From NCBI RefSeq assembly GCF_963921235.1, contig NC_086107.1, positions 106,022,001 to 106,086,000 on the forward strand: DNA of 64,000 nt, in the 5' to 3' direction. Made by a program: the position numbers and the translations under genes. Under the pieces are notes generated by a model. The model was not told the DNA's origin, searched no databases, and worked only from the letters and a program-made list of their open reading frames with translations. This document shows, piece by piece, positions 51,180-64,000 of this stretch. The stretch's first letter is position 1; every line of letters starts with the position of its first letter. This stretch comes from Mobula hypostoma (Eukaryota).

Positions 51180-51640
51180 ACTTGGTTGTTGCCTGGATTG
51201 GAGAGCATGCCTTATGAGAAAAGGCTGAGTGAACTTTGCCTTTTCTCCTTGGAGCGACAGAGGATGAGAGGTGACCTGATAGAGGTGCTGAGAGGCATTG
51301 ATCGTGTGGATAGCCAGAGGCTTTTTCCCAGGGCTGAAATGGCTAACACGAGAGGGCACAGTTTTAAGGTGCCTGGAAGTAGGTACAAGGGGGACGTAAG
51401 AGGCAAGCTTTTCCCCACACAGGGAGAGTGGTGGGTTTGTGGAACATACTGCCAGCGGCGGTGGTGGAAGCGGATATAATAGGGTCTTTTAAGAGCCTCT
51501 TAGGTAGGTACGTGGAGCTTAGAAAAATAGAGGGCTATGCGGTAGGGAAATTCTAGGCAGCTTCTGGAGTAGGTTACATGATCGGCACAACATTGTGGGC
51601 CGAAGGGCCTGTAACGTGCTGTAGATTTCTAAGTTTCTAT
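51180..51640 (+). mobile_element. CR1 LINE 3' fragment
   Basis: LPGLESMPYEKRLSELCLFSLERQRMRGDLIEV... Confidence 0.85.
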
Positions 51641-51940
51641 GCTTTTCCTTGTTTCATTAGTCATCAACCGGAAGTCACCAAGATTCAGCACTCCAAGATG
51701 GGTCTTGAAATGCATTTTCTTCCGTCCTTTATCGAAAGTGCCAACATTGGGTGCCTTTGGTAGAAGGTGTCAGTAGATTCTATGCCCAGCAGGCACATTC
51801 TCTGAGCTGACAGGTTCCCCTGGAGGCTGCCGTCAGGGCTGTATGGAACACTCTGATCAAATGTAAGGCAGAGTTGTGGAACATGGTTTTCTGTCTGGTC
51901 TTGTTTTCTGAAAAGCTGTATCTGTTCAAGTTAACGCTGA

Positions 51941-52970
51941 AACATAGGAAAACATAGAAAATAGGTGCAGGAGTAGGCCATTCGGCCCTTTGAGCCTGCA
52001 CCGCCATTTATTATGGTCATGGCTGATCATCCAACTCAGAACCCTGCCCCAGCCTTCCCTCCATACCCCCTGATCCCCGTAGCCACAAGGGCCATATCTA
52101 ACTCCCTCTTAAATATAGCCAATGAACTGGCCTCAACTGTTTCCTGTGGCAGAGAATTCCACAGATTCACCACTCTCTGTGTGAAGAAGTTTTTCCTAAT
52201 CTCAGTCCTAAAAGGTTTCCCCCTTATCCTCAAACTGTGACCCCTCGTTCTGGACTTCCCCAACATCGGGAACAATCCCCCTGCATCTAGCCTGTCCAAT
52301 CCCTTTAGGATTTTATACGTTTCAATCAGATTCCCCCTCAATCTTCTAAATTCCAACGAGTACAAGCCCAGTTCATCCAGTCTTTCTTCATATGAAAGTC
52401 CTGCCATCCCAGGAATCAATCTGGTGAACCTTCTTTGTACTCCCTCTATGGCAAGGATGCCTTTCCTCAGATTAGGGGACCAAAACCGCACACAATACTC
52501 CAGGTGTGGTCTCACCAAGGCCTTGTACAACTGCAGTAGTACCTCCCTGCTCCTGTACTCGAATCCTCTCGCTATAAATGCCAGCATACCATTCGCCTTT
52601 TTCACCGCCTGCTGTACCTGCATGCCCACTTTCAATGACTGGTGTGTAATGACACCCAGGTCTCGTTGCACCTCCCCTTTTCCTAATCGGCCACCATTCA
52701 GATAATAATCTGTTTTCCTATTTTTGCCACCAAAGTGGATAACTTCACATTTATCCACATTAAATTGCATCTGCCATGAATTTGCCCACTCACCCAACCT
52801 ATCCAAGTCACCCTGCATCCTCTTAGCATCCTCCTCACAGCTAACACTGCCACCCAGCTTCGTGTCATCCGCAAACTTGGAGATGCTGCATTTAATTCCC
52901 TCATCCAAGTCATTAATATATATTGTAAACAACTGGGGTCCCAGCACTGAGCCTTGCGGTACCCCACTAG
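51941..52970 (-). mobile_element. CR1 LINE 3' fragment (young; same family as 36474-37263)
   Basis: TSGVPQGSVLGPQLFTIYINDL...KFADDTKL RT motifs, open to the stop. Confidence 0.93.
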
Positions 52971-53039
52971 TCGTATGAATTGGGAGCAGATTTAGCCACT
53001 CAGCCCATCGAATCCATTCTGTCATGATAAATACTCTGG

Positions 53040-53760
53040 CTTGATAAAGGTACATGAATTGACAGAGGTGTACATGATAAGAGGCATAAATAGAGTGGAC
53101 AGCCAGTGCCTTTGGTTGGACAGAGTAGATGTGGAAAGGTTGTTTCCCTTGGTGGGTGAGTCCAGGACAAGAGGCCATAGTCTTAGAATTAGAGGGTACC
53201 CAGTTAAAACAGAGATGAGGAGAAATTTTTTTAGCCAGAGGGTCGTGGATTTGTGGAATTCGTTGCCACATACAGCTGTGGAGGCCCGATCATTGAGGGT
53301 GTTTAAGGAGGAGATTGACAGGTATCTAATTAGTCAGGGTATCAAGGGATATGGGGAAAAAGACGGAAATTGGAACTAGATGAGTGAATAGTTTAGCTCA
53401 TGGGGGAGCTGCGGAGCAGACTCGATGGGCCAAATGGCCTACTTCTGCTCCTTTGTCTTGTGTGATCTTGTGATCTTTTTCCCCATGGCAGAAATGGCTA
53501 ATATGAGCAGACGTAATTTTAAGGTGATTTGAGGAATGTATAGTGGGGGGCAGGGGTGGAAAGAGGAGAAATATCAGGCAGGGTCTGCAATTGCTCAGCC
53601 GGGGGCAATAGTAGAAGCTGGTACATTAGGGAGATTTAAGAGACTCTTAGAAAGACTCGTGGATGAACGAAAAATGCAGGGCTTTGTAGGATTAAGGGTC
53701 AGATTGATCTTGGAGTGGGTTAAAAGGTCATTGTGGGCTGAAGGGATTGTTTTATGCCAC
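53040..53760 (+). mobile_element. Nested CR1 fragments (younger copy at about 53115-53475 inside an older one)
   Basis: RLFPLVGESRTRGHSLRIRG...FFSQRVVDLWNSLP with a TCTTGTGA tail. The host CR1 resumes at TTTTTCCCCATGGCAGAAATGGC. Confidence 0.8.
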
Positions 53761-56700
53761 CCAACAATCATGCCTAATTTGATTGTAATCTCACCTCCAT
53801 ATTCTCACTGACCTGCTTTCATAATGTTCGGAGACTATTTCTAGATAAATCCGGAGATTTCTATGACTCCTCGTTCTTAAACGGTGATCCCCTAGTTTCA
53901 GGTTTCTTCACAAGAGGATTGGTTTTTTCTGCACGCAACTGTCAGGACTTCCCAAGATCCAAAATGTTTCGAACAAGTCCCCTCTTTCTTCCACACTCCA
54001 GCTGATACAGGCCTAGCCTATTCGACCTTTCTTCCCAAGATGCACCACCCACTCTAGGTGTTAGCCTAATAAGTGAAAACCAAAAGGACTTAAGATACTG
54101 GAAATCTGAAGTAAAAGCAGAAAATGTGGAAACACTAAGCCTATTTGCAGTATCTGCAGAAAGAGTGTTTCCAATTTCCTCTATTGTTATTAGTCTGGTA
54201 AATATTCCCTGATTGTGTATTTTCTCACCAGATCCCTTGGCACCTCATGGCTTTGTAACCTCCCATCAGTTAAATGCTTCTTTAACTTTCCCAACATTTT
54301 CCTACATTTATACTAATTTGTTCAAACCTTGCTGTCTCATTGGACGATGTGGCTTTGGAGCCTTCTAATTCCTCCTCAACACCTATCCCCTTTCACCTTG
54401 GCATGGGCGTGGAATGATGGGTGCAGGTTCAACTGCTATATTTAAAAGAAGTTTGGATAAGTACATGAATGGAAGAAAGGGTATGGAGTGCTGGTCAATG
54501 GGGCTGAGCAGAACAATAGTTTAGCATGGACTAGATGGGCTGAAGGGCCTGTTTCTGTGCTTTAGTGTTCTGATTCTACAGTAATCCATATAAATTTTAA
54601 AACAATGTGGACCCAACACCAGCCCTCGGACACACACTCGTTAACCTTGACGACCAGAAAAAGACTAATTTATTTTCTGTTTCCTGTTAGCCACTCAATA
54701 TATCCACACTATTATGTTCTCTTTCACACCTAACTTGAAGTGTAAGCATCCACAAGATGCTGGAGGAACTCAGCATCTATGTAAAAAGAGTAAACAGTCG
54801 ACGCTTTGGGCCGAGACCCTTCGTCAGGACTAGAAAGGAAGGCGAGAAGTCAGAGTAAGAATGTGGAGGGAGGGGACGAAGAAATACAAGGTGGGACATG
54901 ATAGGTGAAACTGGGAGAGGGGAGGGGTGAGGTAAAGAGCTGGGAAGTTCTTTCATGAAAGGGATAAAGGGCTGGAGAAGAGGGAAATCTGATAGGAGAG
55001 GACAGAAGATCATGGAAGGATGGGAAGGGGAAGGAGCATCAGGGGGAGGCAATGGGCAGGTAAAAGAAGGCATGAGAGAAAAACAGGAACAGGCAATGGT
55101 GAAGGAGAGGAGTGTGGGCAATTACCAGAAGCTGGAAAAATCAATGTTCACGCCATCAGGTTGGAGGCAGATGAGAGATGAGGTGTTGTTCCCGAAACCT
55201 CGACTGTTTACTCTTTTCCATAGATGCTGCCTGGCCTGCTGCGTTCCTCCAGCATTAGTGTGTAGTTGCTTCGGATTTCCTAATCACAGGACAATTTACA
55301 ATGACTTATTAACCTACTGGTACATCTTTGGACTGTGGGAGGAAACCAGATCACCTGGAGGGAACACAGAGTCACACGGAGAACACTCTAACTCCTTACA
55401 GGCAGCGGCGGGAATTGAACCCTGGTTTGCCTGTACTGTAATGCATTGTGTTAACCACTACCCAAACGTGCAGTCCCACTACTTTTGATGAAGTAATTGC
55501 ATTTACTACTTTCTAATCTAATAGCTCAAATCTAGGGAATTTTGGAAAATTAAAACTGATTTTCTCATTAGCCTCTTCTTTTAAGATCCTGCCGTGAAAT
55601 TCATCAGGACCCTGAGATTTATCAGTCTAAATCTCCAACAATTTTTTCAATAAGCTCCATGGTGATTATAGGTAATTTTCCTCCCTTCCTACTCTTGATT
55701 TGCAGGTTTTCTAGGCTATTACTTTTACTCTCTATGGTAAAGACTGAGGACTAATACATGTATAATTTATCTGACTTCTCGACTTTTCCATTAATTCAAA
55801 AACTTGCATTAACTCTTCTGTTTTAAATATTTCACATGGTAGTTTTATGACTGATTCCTTAAGGTTATTATAGCCAGGAGTAATAATGGAAGAAGCTAAC
55901 ACTACCTATTAAATGCTCCCAAAGGCATGTGCCCTCAAATAGCCTCTGACAACCAAGTCCAGCTCCTGGCTCTCACGTGTGACTTACCTACCAAGCCTGG
56001 TGGAACCATGTCCACTTAAAGGAGAAGGAGTAAAGGCGGGTGACTGGCACCTTAAAACCAGTCACTTCAGGCCTCGTCAACCACAATTGGCTGCTCATCT
56101 AGAAGGAAAACTCTGATCTCAAACATCCGCCGCCTTGCGGCTATACCCACTCACGGGGGAGGGCTTTGGGAGTAAACCTAAAGGATAAAATCCAGAGCTG
56201 GAGTCCCCAAGGCATCCTATGTTAAGTCAACACTGACCGGCAACTCCTGTGAAGCAGCTGGTGCCAAACTGTATCGGGGTCTGCCATTCCTTTGGGTTCA
56301 TCAGATGCATGGAGTGGGTGAGCTTGCTACACAGACAACAGCTTGCTCTCCATATTGTACTGCCCAGGCCTGTGTACCTAGACAACTAGGACGCAACATC
56401 CATGGCCGACCCTAATCGATACAGGCCTCAGTTTTATCTTTAGCTTTATCTGAAACTTATTTTGACTCATTAACATTTTATTTACACTTTGCTGCTCTTT
56501 ATATACTGTCCAGCCCATCTTTGCTGGGTCTAATGTAAATAAATCAGACTGTCCTATCTGGTTCACTATTCTCCTTTGGGGGGGTGGGGGGTGGAATCTG
56601 TGCTGACATGGTCTGCATCTAAATGTGATTCCAGCTCCACATTATTCTCATAAATGTCCTCTGAAGCCTTGCGGTTGTATTGACATTTCAAGGTACCTCA

Positions 56701-58747
56701 CACCACCTTCATGATAGGCAAGATACTCTTACCCTGAGAAATAACCTCCCCAACATGACTGAAGCTTAACTCATCCCAGACCTAGAAACATAGTTGTACA
56801 GCATGAAAACAGACCCTTCAGCCCAACTTGTCTGTGTCGGCCAAAGATGCCTTTCTGGGCTAATCCTATTTGCCTACATTAGGCCCATATCCCTCTAAAC
56901 CTCTCCAATCCATGAACCTGCTCAAGTGTCTTTGTAATTGCACCCACCTCGTTCCATCTATCCACCACCCTCTACACGAGGGCAAGGCTCATTCCAATCC
57001 TGACTATTCCCACACACATTCATGTCAAGGTGACAGACTGTTTGGGATTAGTAAAAATCTGTGAGGAAAGGGCAAGACGACTTCCATGGAGATGTTCAGC
57101 TCATGAACAAAGACACCAGATCCAGGAAATATGCCCACTGATGTCACATCCGTTAAAGCGAAGCACAGCAGCTGACTGGCAGTGAGTTGGGATTAGAAAT
57201 CCCAATTTGGGATTGGGTGTACACTCCAGACAAACCCTTTTCCCCAATCATTTACCCTTGGACCATTATTTACCCATCACGTAGTCTTACCCTCTGCTTG
57301 TAACCCGAGATTGTATTGTACCCTGTACCTTCAGACTGCATTGATTTGTGTCTTCACCCTCAGACCCTGTATCAATATTCTGCAACCCATGTTCTTCACT
57401 ATGTTCAAACCATGTTACCTCACAGCTGTTCCTTAAAACCCCAACTCTAAGGCTATGTACCCCTGATCTATACCACCTTACCCACCCATGTGTCCTCTTA
57501 CTGACTGCATGGACGATTTTTCTCCTTTTTAAGCCAGAACATGTACCCAAAGAATATGTACTCCAGACTATAACCGTAAACAGATTGGACAAACTTGGGT
57601 TGCTTTCTCTGGAAGCTGAGGGGAGATCTGAGAGGTAGGGTAGACAATCAAGAGTCTAGCTCCTAGGATGGAGATGACAAATACTGGAGGATATTGTTTT
57701 AAGGTGAGGGAGTGGAGACGTTATTTTTTTAAAACATAGATGCTGCTGCTGGTGAAAGCAGGCACATAGTAACATGCGAATCCAAATTGTTGTGCTCAAA
57801 TCCATTTGGTCTTGATCAACACCATTTTCAATCCTCCAAAAACATTGTACCTATCTAATTCAGGTCTCTTCAGCATCTGATTTTACCACTTCATCATGGA
57901 TAATTTGCTGTCAACTGCCAAGACATACCTCTAACTCTAGATCACCATCATTATGTGCCATGTCATATAACATGGGAGATCGTAGTCTCCATGACCATGA
58001 TTGTTCTTGGCTAATTTTTTTCTGCAGAAGTGATTTGTCATTGCCTTCTTCTGGGCAGAGTCTTTACAAGACAGGTGACCCCTCTAACTCTCTTTTAATG
58101 CTCCGTTAAATGCTGCATCCTAATACAGGGGGACGTCAACTCCCCTAATGCAAGTTCAGAATAACAACAATCTCAATGCACCAGCACGTGCTACAGGGCA
58201 TTTTATAATGCAGATAACAAGCTGTTAATCCTCCAAGAGGGCCACAACTTTGTCACATTTTGGAGGCTTGCGTGCCTCAATGACCTGGAGAGCGATATTC
58301 GCTGGAGTCAGGGCTTTATGCTTTGGCTCTTGGTAGGGTCACCCATACCAAACAGGTCAAAGGGTAGAGGCCAGACTAAGAGTGGTTCACTGGTCCTCCA
58401 GGTTCAGGAGTTCAGCTCAGGGCCAACAACGCTGACTGATAAAACAAAATTGCTGTGGAAGCAGCAACGAAGAATCCTTCTACACCTGAGTGCACCATAT
58501 TTCTGTGTCTCCAAGACTGACAGTAGTGAAAACCAAGAGAAGTTACTGACGCGCTGAAGGAAGCCCTGAACCCCACAAAAGACGGAGGACCTTCATTGCT
58601 GCCCTAAATGCCAGCAGCATAATAAGCAGCAAGTACAAGCTGTTAATGAAAACATGGACTGGTTCTGTTGAAGGAACACACGCACGATCACACAGCCTGA
58701 TTGCAGGATAAGTCCCACAGAATATAATAAAGCTACCATTCAATTTT

Positions 58748-58753
58748 TTTATT
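58748..58753 (-). terminator. Candidate DNAL4 polyadenylation signal AATAAA
   Basis: Plus-strand TTTATT about 790 nt past the stop, at the end of an AT-rich unique 3'UTR-like region. Confidence 0.45.
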
Positions 58754-59537
58754 AAAACATGTAAGAGCATTTCTATCACAAGAAAGTTCTTTTTTTTAAA
58801 AAAAGGAAGTAGTTCTAAACAAGCTAATGAAGTATTTTTCTCTAAGGCTTGTATTTCCGACCCCAGAACAGGTAATGTGAAATGGACAGGATTTTTATCT
58901 CCCCTCCCAATTTCTTCCTCCATCTGGTTCCTACAAGTTGCAGAATAAAAATGTAAATATATCTAAACCTCATGTAGTGTTATTAGGACAAACAGCTAGG
59001 AGGACTAAGCCACGTTTCATTTGCCAGTCAGAATATAAAGTTTACCACTATTCTCCTTTCCTCCACCTCAATAATGTTAATAGCTTCTGCCAGATCCACT
59101 AAAATCTAGAAGCTGTGGCTCCTCTGACAACCATGTGGTATGGTGAAAATTCGGCTTCCGGTAACTTGGCAGGAAAATCCATTCCTTGCAGCCATGCGAT
59201 GATGGCAATATGATTTAAGATTTTTTCAGGAAAGCATTGTACTTCTGTGGATTATTCAACTTGCTACTGCTCCAGTCACATTAATATTTCAGCATCTCAA
59301 CAGAATAACCCATTAAACCGTTTTTGACTTTTTTTTTGTATGTTATCTTAAAAACAGGGAAATAAAAATACTTTAGTCCTCATTCCTGCAGCTCTTGCAA
59401 CCCTAAAAAGTCCTTTCAATCGTTGAAATGTCCACTTGCAGAACTTATCATCAGTGACGATTTACTGACGTACAGCTGGATTTGGAGAACGGAGAGAAGG
59501 GAGGTTCATTGCTGCTGCTTCACACACAGTTCTTCAG

Positions 59538-59702
59538 TTATGTGCACTTCCACACACACACTGCCATGTTGCCCCCGAAATACATGTATAGAATGTTCTT
59601 CATCTCATGGGTGACTTCAAACCCAAACCCTTCACCGACCACAACGTGCCAGGAAGCTCCAAACCTCTTGTCCATGGTTTCTTTGATCATTTTGGCTGCA
59701 GT
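59538..59702 (-). CDS. DNAL4: Dynein axonemal light chain 4, last coding exon; not in the ORF track
   Basis: Acceptor TTTCATAG, 165 bp. Translates TAAKMIKETMDKRFGASWHVVVGEGFGFEVTHEMKNILYMYFGGNMAVCVWKCT* (TAA), near-identical to the DNAL4 C-terminus. Confidence 0.97.
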   Translation of the reverse strand, partial: TAAKMIKETMDKRFGASWHVVVGEGFGFEVTHEMKNILYMYFGGNMAVCVWKCT

Positions 59703-60341
59703 CTATGAAAAACAGAAAATAAGTTTAGGAAAAGAATAGGAAAATAGGTTACCAAGATGGCACCGGCGAACCTCAGCAAAATTCTGTGGGCTACATACAG
59801 TACTGCTAAATATACCTCTTTTGAATTACTCTCACTGCAATCAATGCGCAGCATGCAATTTCCCTTTAAGCAATGTACTTTTAAATCAACTTAATGATCT
59901 AGAGGTTTCACAATCTTCCGAAAGAATCAGCAAGCAGGTATGGCACCTTTTAAGCAACAGAAGTTCATTGCCATGGCCGGATGCAGGGCAGGAAGAGGGA
60001 CTCCAAGCCAAGCTGAAACACAGGAATGAGACCTCCTCTATCCAGCATCTTGCTAGCAAATATGCAGTTGCTGGAGAAAAAAAATTGAGGACCTGAGGGC
60101 AAGATTGCTTGTGTTGAAAGGAAATGAGATTGTTGTGTTCTATGTTTAACCGAGACATGGCTTACTCCCAGCACACCACATCTGGCGATCAGACTTGAAG
60201 GCTTCCCAATTCACAGGATGGATTGAACTGCTGATTCAGAAAAAGCAAAAGGTGGAGGTGTGTGTGTATTTCATGATAAACTCTCAGTAGTACTCAGATG
60301 TGGCAGTTCTGTTGAAAGCACGTTTCCTGACCTTGAAAACC

Positions 60342-60799
60342 TGTGGTAGAAATGGTTAAAACTAGTGTATGATGGGATACCTGACCATTCTGGAACAGCT
60401 GGGCTTAAAAGATTGCTGATGCGTGTTGAGAATAATCTAGGATGATAAGCATAGTACCAGAAACTCCAATAAATAAGATACTAGATCCCTGGAACCAGCA
60501 GGGAGGATGCGTCTGGGGGTAAATTCTAAGTCCTGATACCAGGAAGCAGGAACAACTGTTAGACTCGCGCTGAGAGATTACTGACGTCTTTTAAATGATT
60601 GATCACGTACTGACCGTGGGATGCCAAAGTTATGTGAAGTTGTTTGTCTTGCTGTATAAATATGAGCTTTGTACAACCTAAAAATCAGAGTTCTGGTGGC
60701 AGTGGAGACTGCTGCAGACTCTCCATGATATTATATTAATAAACTCTTAAAACGAAACTCAAAGTCACTCTGGTGTTCTTAGTTAGTGTTTCCACGACA
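60342..60799 (+). mobile_element. Solo LTR inserted in a Rex1-like LINE remnant in a DNAL4 intron
   Basis: TGTGGTAG...CCACGACA termini; TATAAA at about 60655 and AATAAA at about 60738. Flanks AAACC / ACACC look like a 5-bp TSD with one mismatch. The host sequence rejoins across the insertion. Confidence 0.75.
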
Positions 60800-61590
60800 A
60801 CACCTAATGATCAAATGCGTTCCATTCTATTTACTTAGGGAGTTCTCATCTGTGATCCTCACTGGAGTTTACATGCCACCAGTGGCCAAGCACCTGAGAT
60901 ACTGCATGATGCCATCTCCAAACAATCATCACTCCATCCTGATGCATTTCAAATCATAGTCACGGACTTCAAACAGGCTTGTTTAAAGAAATCCCTGCCC
61001 AATCACCATCTCATATAACCTGTAGCACCAGAGGACCCCACACACTAGACCATTGTTTATGCAAGATAAGGAATGCCTACCCAGACCACATTTCGGAAAA
61101 TTTGATCACTTGGCTATCCATCTTCTACCTGAAAACAGGCAGAGGCTAAAGAGCAAAGCTCCAGAGATTAGGACAACAAAGAGGTGGTCGTGGGGAGCAA
61201 AGGAGCATGCATCATGTTGATCTTTATCGACTACAGGCATAGTATGATCTTTACTGACCACACTCCTCTGACCTCTCTAATAAACAAGGCATGTTTTGCC
61301 CACAGAACTGCCGCTCACTGGATTTTTTTTTTTGTTTGTCACACCATAGAGACTGTTGTGCATGAAAATGCCAGGAGATCAGCAGTTTCTGAGAGATTCA
61401 ATCCACCTCATCTGGAACCAACAATCATTTCACTTAGATCACATTTCTTCCCCATTCCAATGTTTGGTCTGAACAATTGAACCACTTGACCATGTCCGCA
61501 TGCTTTAATGCATTGAGTTGCTGCCACATGATTGACTAATTATATATTTGCATTAACAAAGTGTACTTAATAAAGTGGCCATTGAATGTA

Positions 61591-62468
61591 TGTTATGGGC
61601 CCTGTCAGGGAGACAATGCAATGATAGAGGGCAGTTAAAGATGGAGGAACAGTGACACCAAAAAGAACAACAGTCTACAAATCAGAGAATTTGAATAAAT
61701 CAAGGACAGTGGACGCAGACAGACTAATTGTTTTTGTTCTTGCTGTGTTCTTGGAGATGGAGGTGGCAATTTTGTGAAGACACTCAGTTTTCCATTTTGT
61801 GAGCTTGAATTGTTAGGCTTGATCAGGGTTTTAAAGAAGACAATGATGCTCCAGGTAATCTGCTGGACTAGAGATCACTTCCAAATAAGAAGTTACTTGT
61901 GAGATGTTCTTTGGTTGGATATGACATGCAGGTTTGTGAATGTTGGGGTTGGTGCCTGCCTGGAGTGATTCGAACTTGTTGCTGATTGAGTACAAAGAAC
62001 CATTAATTATCGACTGTCACTTGATGGGAAGAGGGCAATAAATGGATGCTGGCTTGGAGCAGAGCCAATAACAAGGTGTTAAAGGACAGACACATAACCT
62101 GAGGCCAACGACACCAGAATGCAATATTTGAATTGATAAGGAATGGATATAAAAGTGGACGCTGTGTGTGTGCTGGCAGCAGTAACTTCGAAGAATAACC
62201 ATCGCAGATACAAGCATCAGCGACCCTGTGTGGAACGTGTGGCAACTGAATCAGGTCTACCAGGAACGCCTAGCCAGCGTAGACTCCTTTGCCCATGTAA
62301 TACCTTTGCCTATTCAGGAGAGTCAGGGATACTTAGTCGGCGTCCACACAGGTTATTTAGTTTATGAATTCACGTACTTGTTAGGTTAACCAACAAAGGT
62401 GGTTGTTGGTAAATACAGATCTCTCTGTGCCTCTCTGATCGTTATTACAAGGGGTGATTCTTATAACA
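61591..62468 (+). mobile_element. Probable solo LTR
   Basis: TGTTAT...ATAACA inverted termini with internal TATAAAA. Shares blocks (TTGTGAGATGTT..., TTTGAATTGATAAGG) with about 33800-34560. TSD is not clear. Confidence 0.6.
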
Positions 62469-63731
62469 TGCCTTCCCACACAAACACAATGACTCTGGAA
62501 ATACAGCCATCTAAATCAGCCCATGGTCAACAATTTAGAACCCTTAACAACCAACCCCATTATAGCAGTATGAGTGGCACACCAGCGTGGCGATTCGTGC
62601 AATGCTTTACAGCACCAGCTGTAAGATCAGGGTTCAATTTCTGCTGCTGTCTGCAGGTTTGCACATTCCTTCCTATAGGTGCCCCAGTTTCCTGCCACTT
62701 TGAAGTTGTGGGCATCCCATGTTGGCGTCAGAAGCGTGCAGCAGCTGCGGGCTGCTCAGCACGATCCTCACTGGTTTGATTTAATACAAAATAATGCATT
62801 TCACTGTGTTTTCATGTAAATGTGACAAATAAAGCTAATCTGTAGCAGTACAAGAACCAATACCACTCTACTTGGGGGAAGGAGGATTATCAGTAACAGC
62901 AACACGCAGAAAACAAATGAAGATAAGGACCGATTAAGTGGCAAAAATATAAATGTCAATACATTAAAATGATGGATTGAGAGGTGCAAACCATTACGTT
63001 TTGGATGGAGTTAGCAACCATCACAGCTCAGTCCCTCATAGGAAAGGCCCTCCCCACCATTCAGCACATCTACACAGGGAGTGTTGTCACAAAAAAGCAG
63101 CATCCATCATCAAGGAGTCCCACCTTCCAGGCCAGGCTCTCTTCTCACTGCTGCCATCGGGAAGGAGGTACAGGAGCCTTGGGTCTCACACCACTCGGTT
63201 CCCTTCAACCTTCAGGCTCCTGAACCAGGGTGGGTAACTTCACTCACCACAGCACTGAACTGATCCCACAACCTATGGGCTCATTTTCAAGAACTTCAAA
63301 ACTCATGTTCTCTGTATTACTTATTTATTACTTGTTTTTGAATTTTCACAGTTTTGTACATCAGTTGTGTGACAGTCTTTATGTGTAGCTTTTCCACTGA
63401 TTCTATTATATTTCTCAGTTCTGTGAATGCCTGCAAGAAAATGAGTGAGCCGTACAGTATATGGTGACATATACATACTTTAAGAATACATTTATTTTGA
63501 ACTTTGCATTTTATTCTCCTTGGCAAGCAGCAGCACAGTTCAGTTCATGTGATCACTATTTTCTCCTTTTGAAGAATACACAGAATTGGTGTTGTGGCAA
63601 AGTTCTACATGCTGGCAGCCTATTTCACCAGGAAGGACATCATGAGAGACTTTTCAGACACCTTGAAGCAACGTGAGGAGGAGTACCATCCCACCCACAA
63701 AAAATGCCTCATGAGAACTTGACAGACTCAC

Positions 63732-63815
63732 CTCATTATTTGCAGAATATTTTTCGCAAGCCGTGACACACAGTTCCATCGTCTCAACTTTCATTTCCTC
63801 TGGCATATCGCAATG
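63732..63815 (-). CDS. DNAL4: Dynein axonemal light chain 4, internal coding exon (first coding exon lies beyond the window end)
   Basis: TCCAG acceptor, GTGAGT donor, 84 bp. Translates HCDMPEEMKVETMELCVTACEKYSANNE. Confidence 0.97.
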
Positions 63816-64000
63816 CTGGAAACAAAGGACTGGGATGAGTAGGACATTCTTCTGAGCCAACAAAACTTTGGAATTCTGTACCTCACAGGTATTAAGGCTG
63901 CATTATTCAACATATTCAAGGTTTTTTTTCTGTTTTTGAGAATGAAAGATTTGAAGATCACATCAACCACAAGCAGAGCTAGTTTTATGTATTTATTTAG

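Noticed and set aside
52036..53271. 411-aa RT ORF as a host gene
   Set aside because: Chimeric read-through across adjacent CR1 fragments; a 5'-truncated LINE.

Overview
This is a repeat-dense vertebrate genomic window. The repeat repertoire (CR1 with ATAGAAAC tails, Penelope-like elements, Rex1-like LINEs, tRNA SINEs, Tc1 MITEs) suggests a cartilaginous fish, probably a ray; this is an inference. Three minus-strand loci are visible. (1) An ERP27-like non-catalytic PDI-family gene: six coding exons reconstructed with GT-AG boundaries and consistent phases, 25262->2514, terminal exon not found in the window. (2) A degenerate last exon of a Rho GDP-dissociation inhibitor (ARHGDIB position) with TGA at a conserved Trp codon. 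(3) The last two coding exons of DNAL4. The most notable features are the apparent RhoGDI-beta decay, a PTF1-type E-box/TC-box element upstream of ERP27, many minimal hammerhead-ribozyme motifs in Penelope-derived repeats (some in sense orientation in ERP27 introns and paired with inverted copies), two large minisatellites flanking the 92-bp ERP27 exon 2, and a DNA transposon with a 6-bp TSD. The 1300-1500 aa ORFs are tandem-repeat artefacts. I found no evidence for a wholly new multi-gene system.
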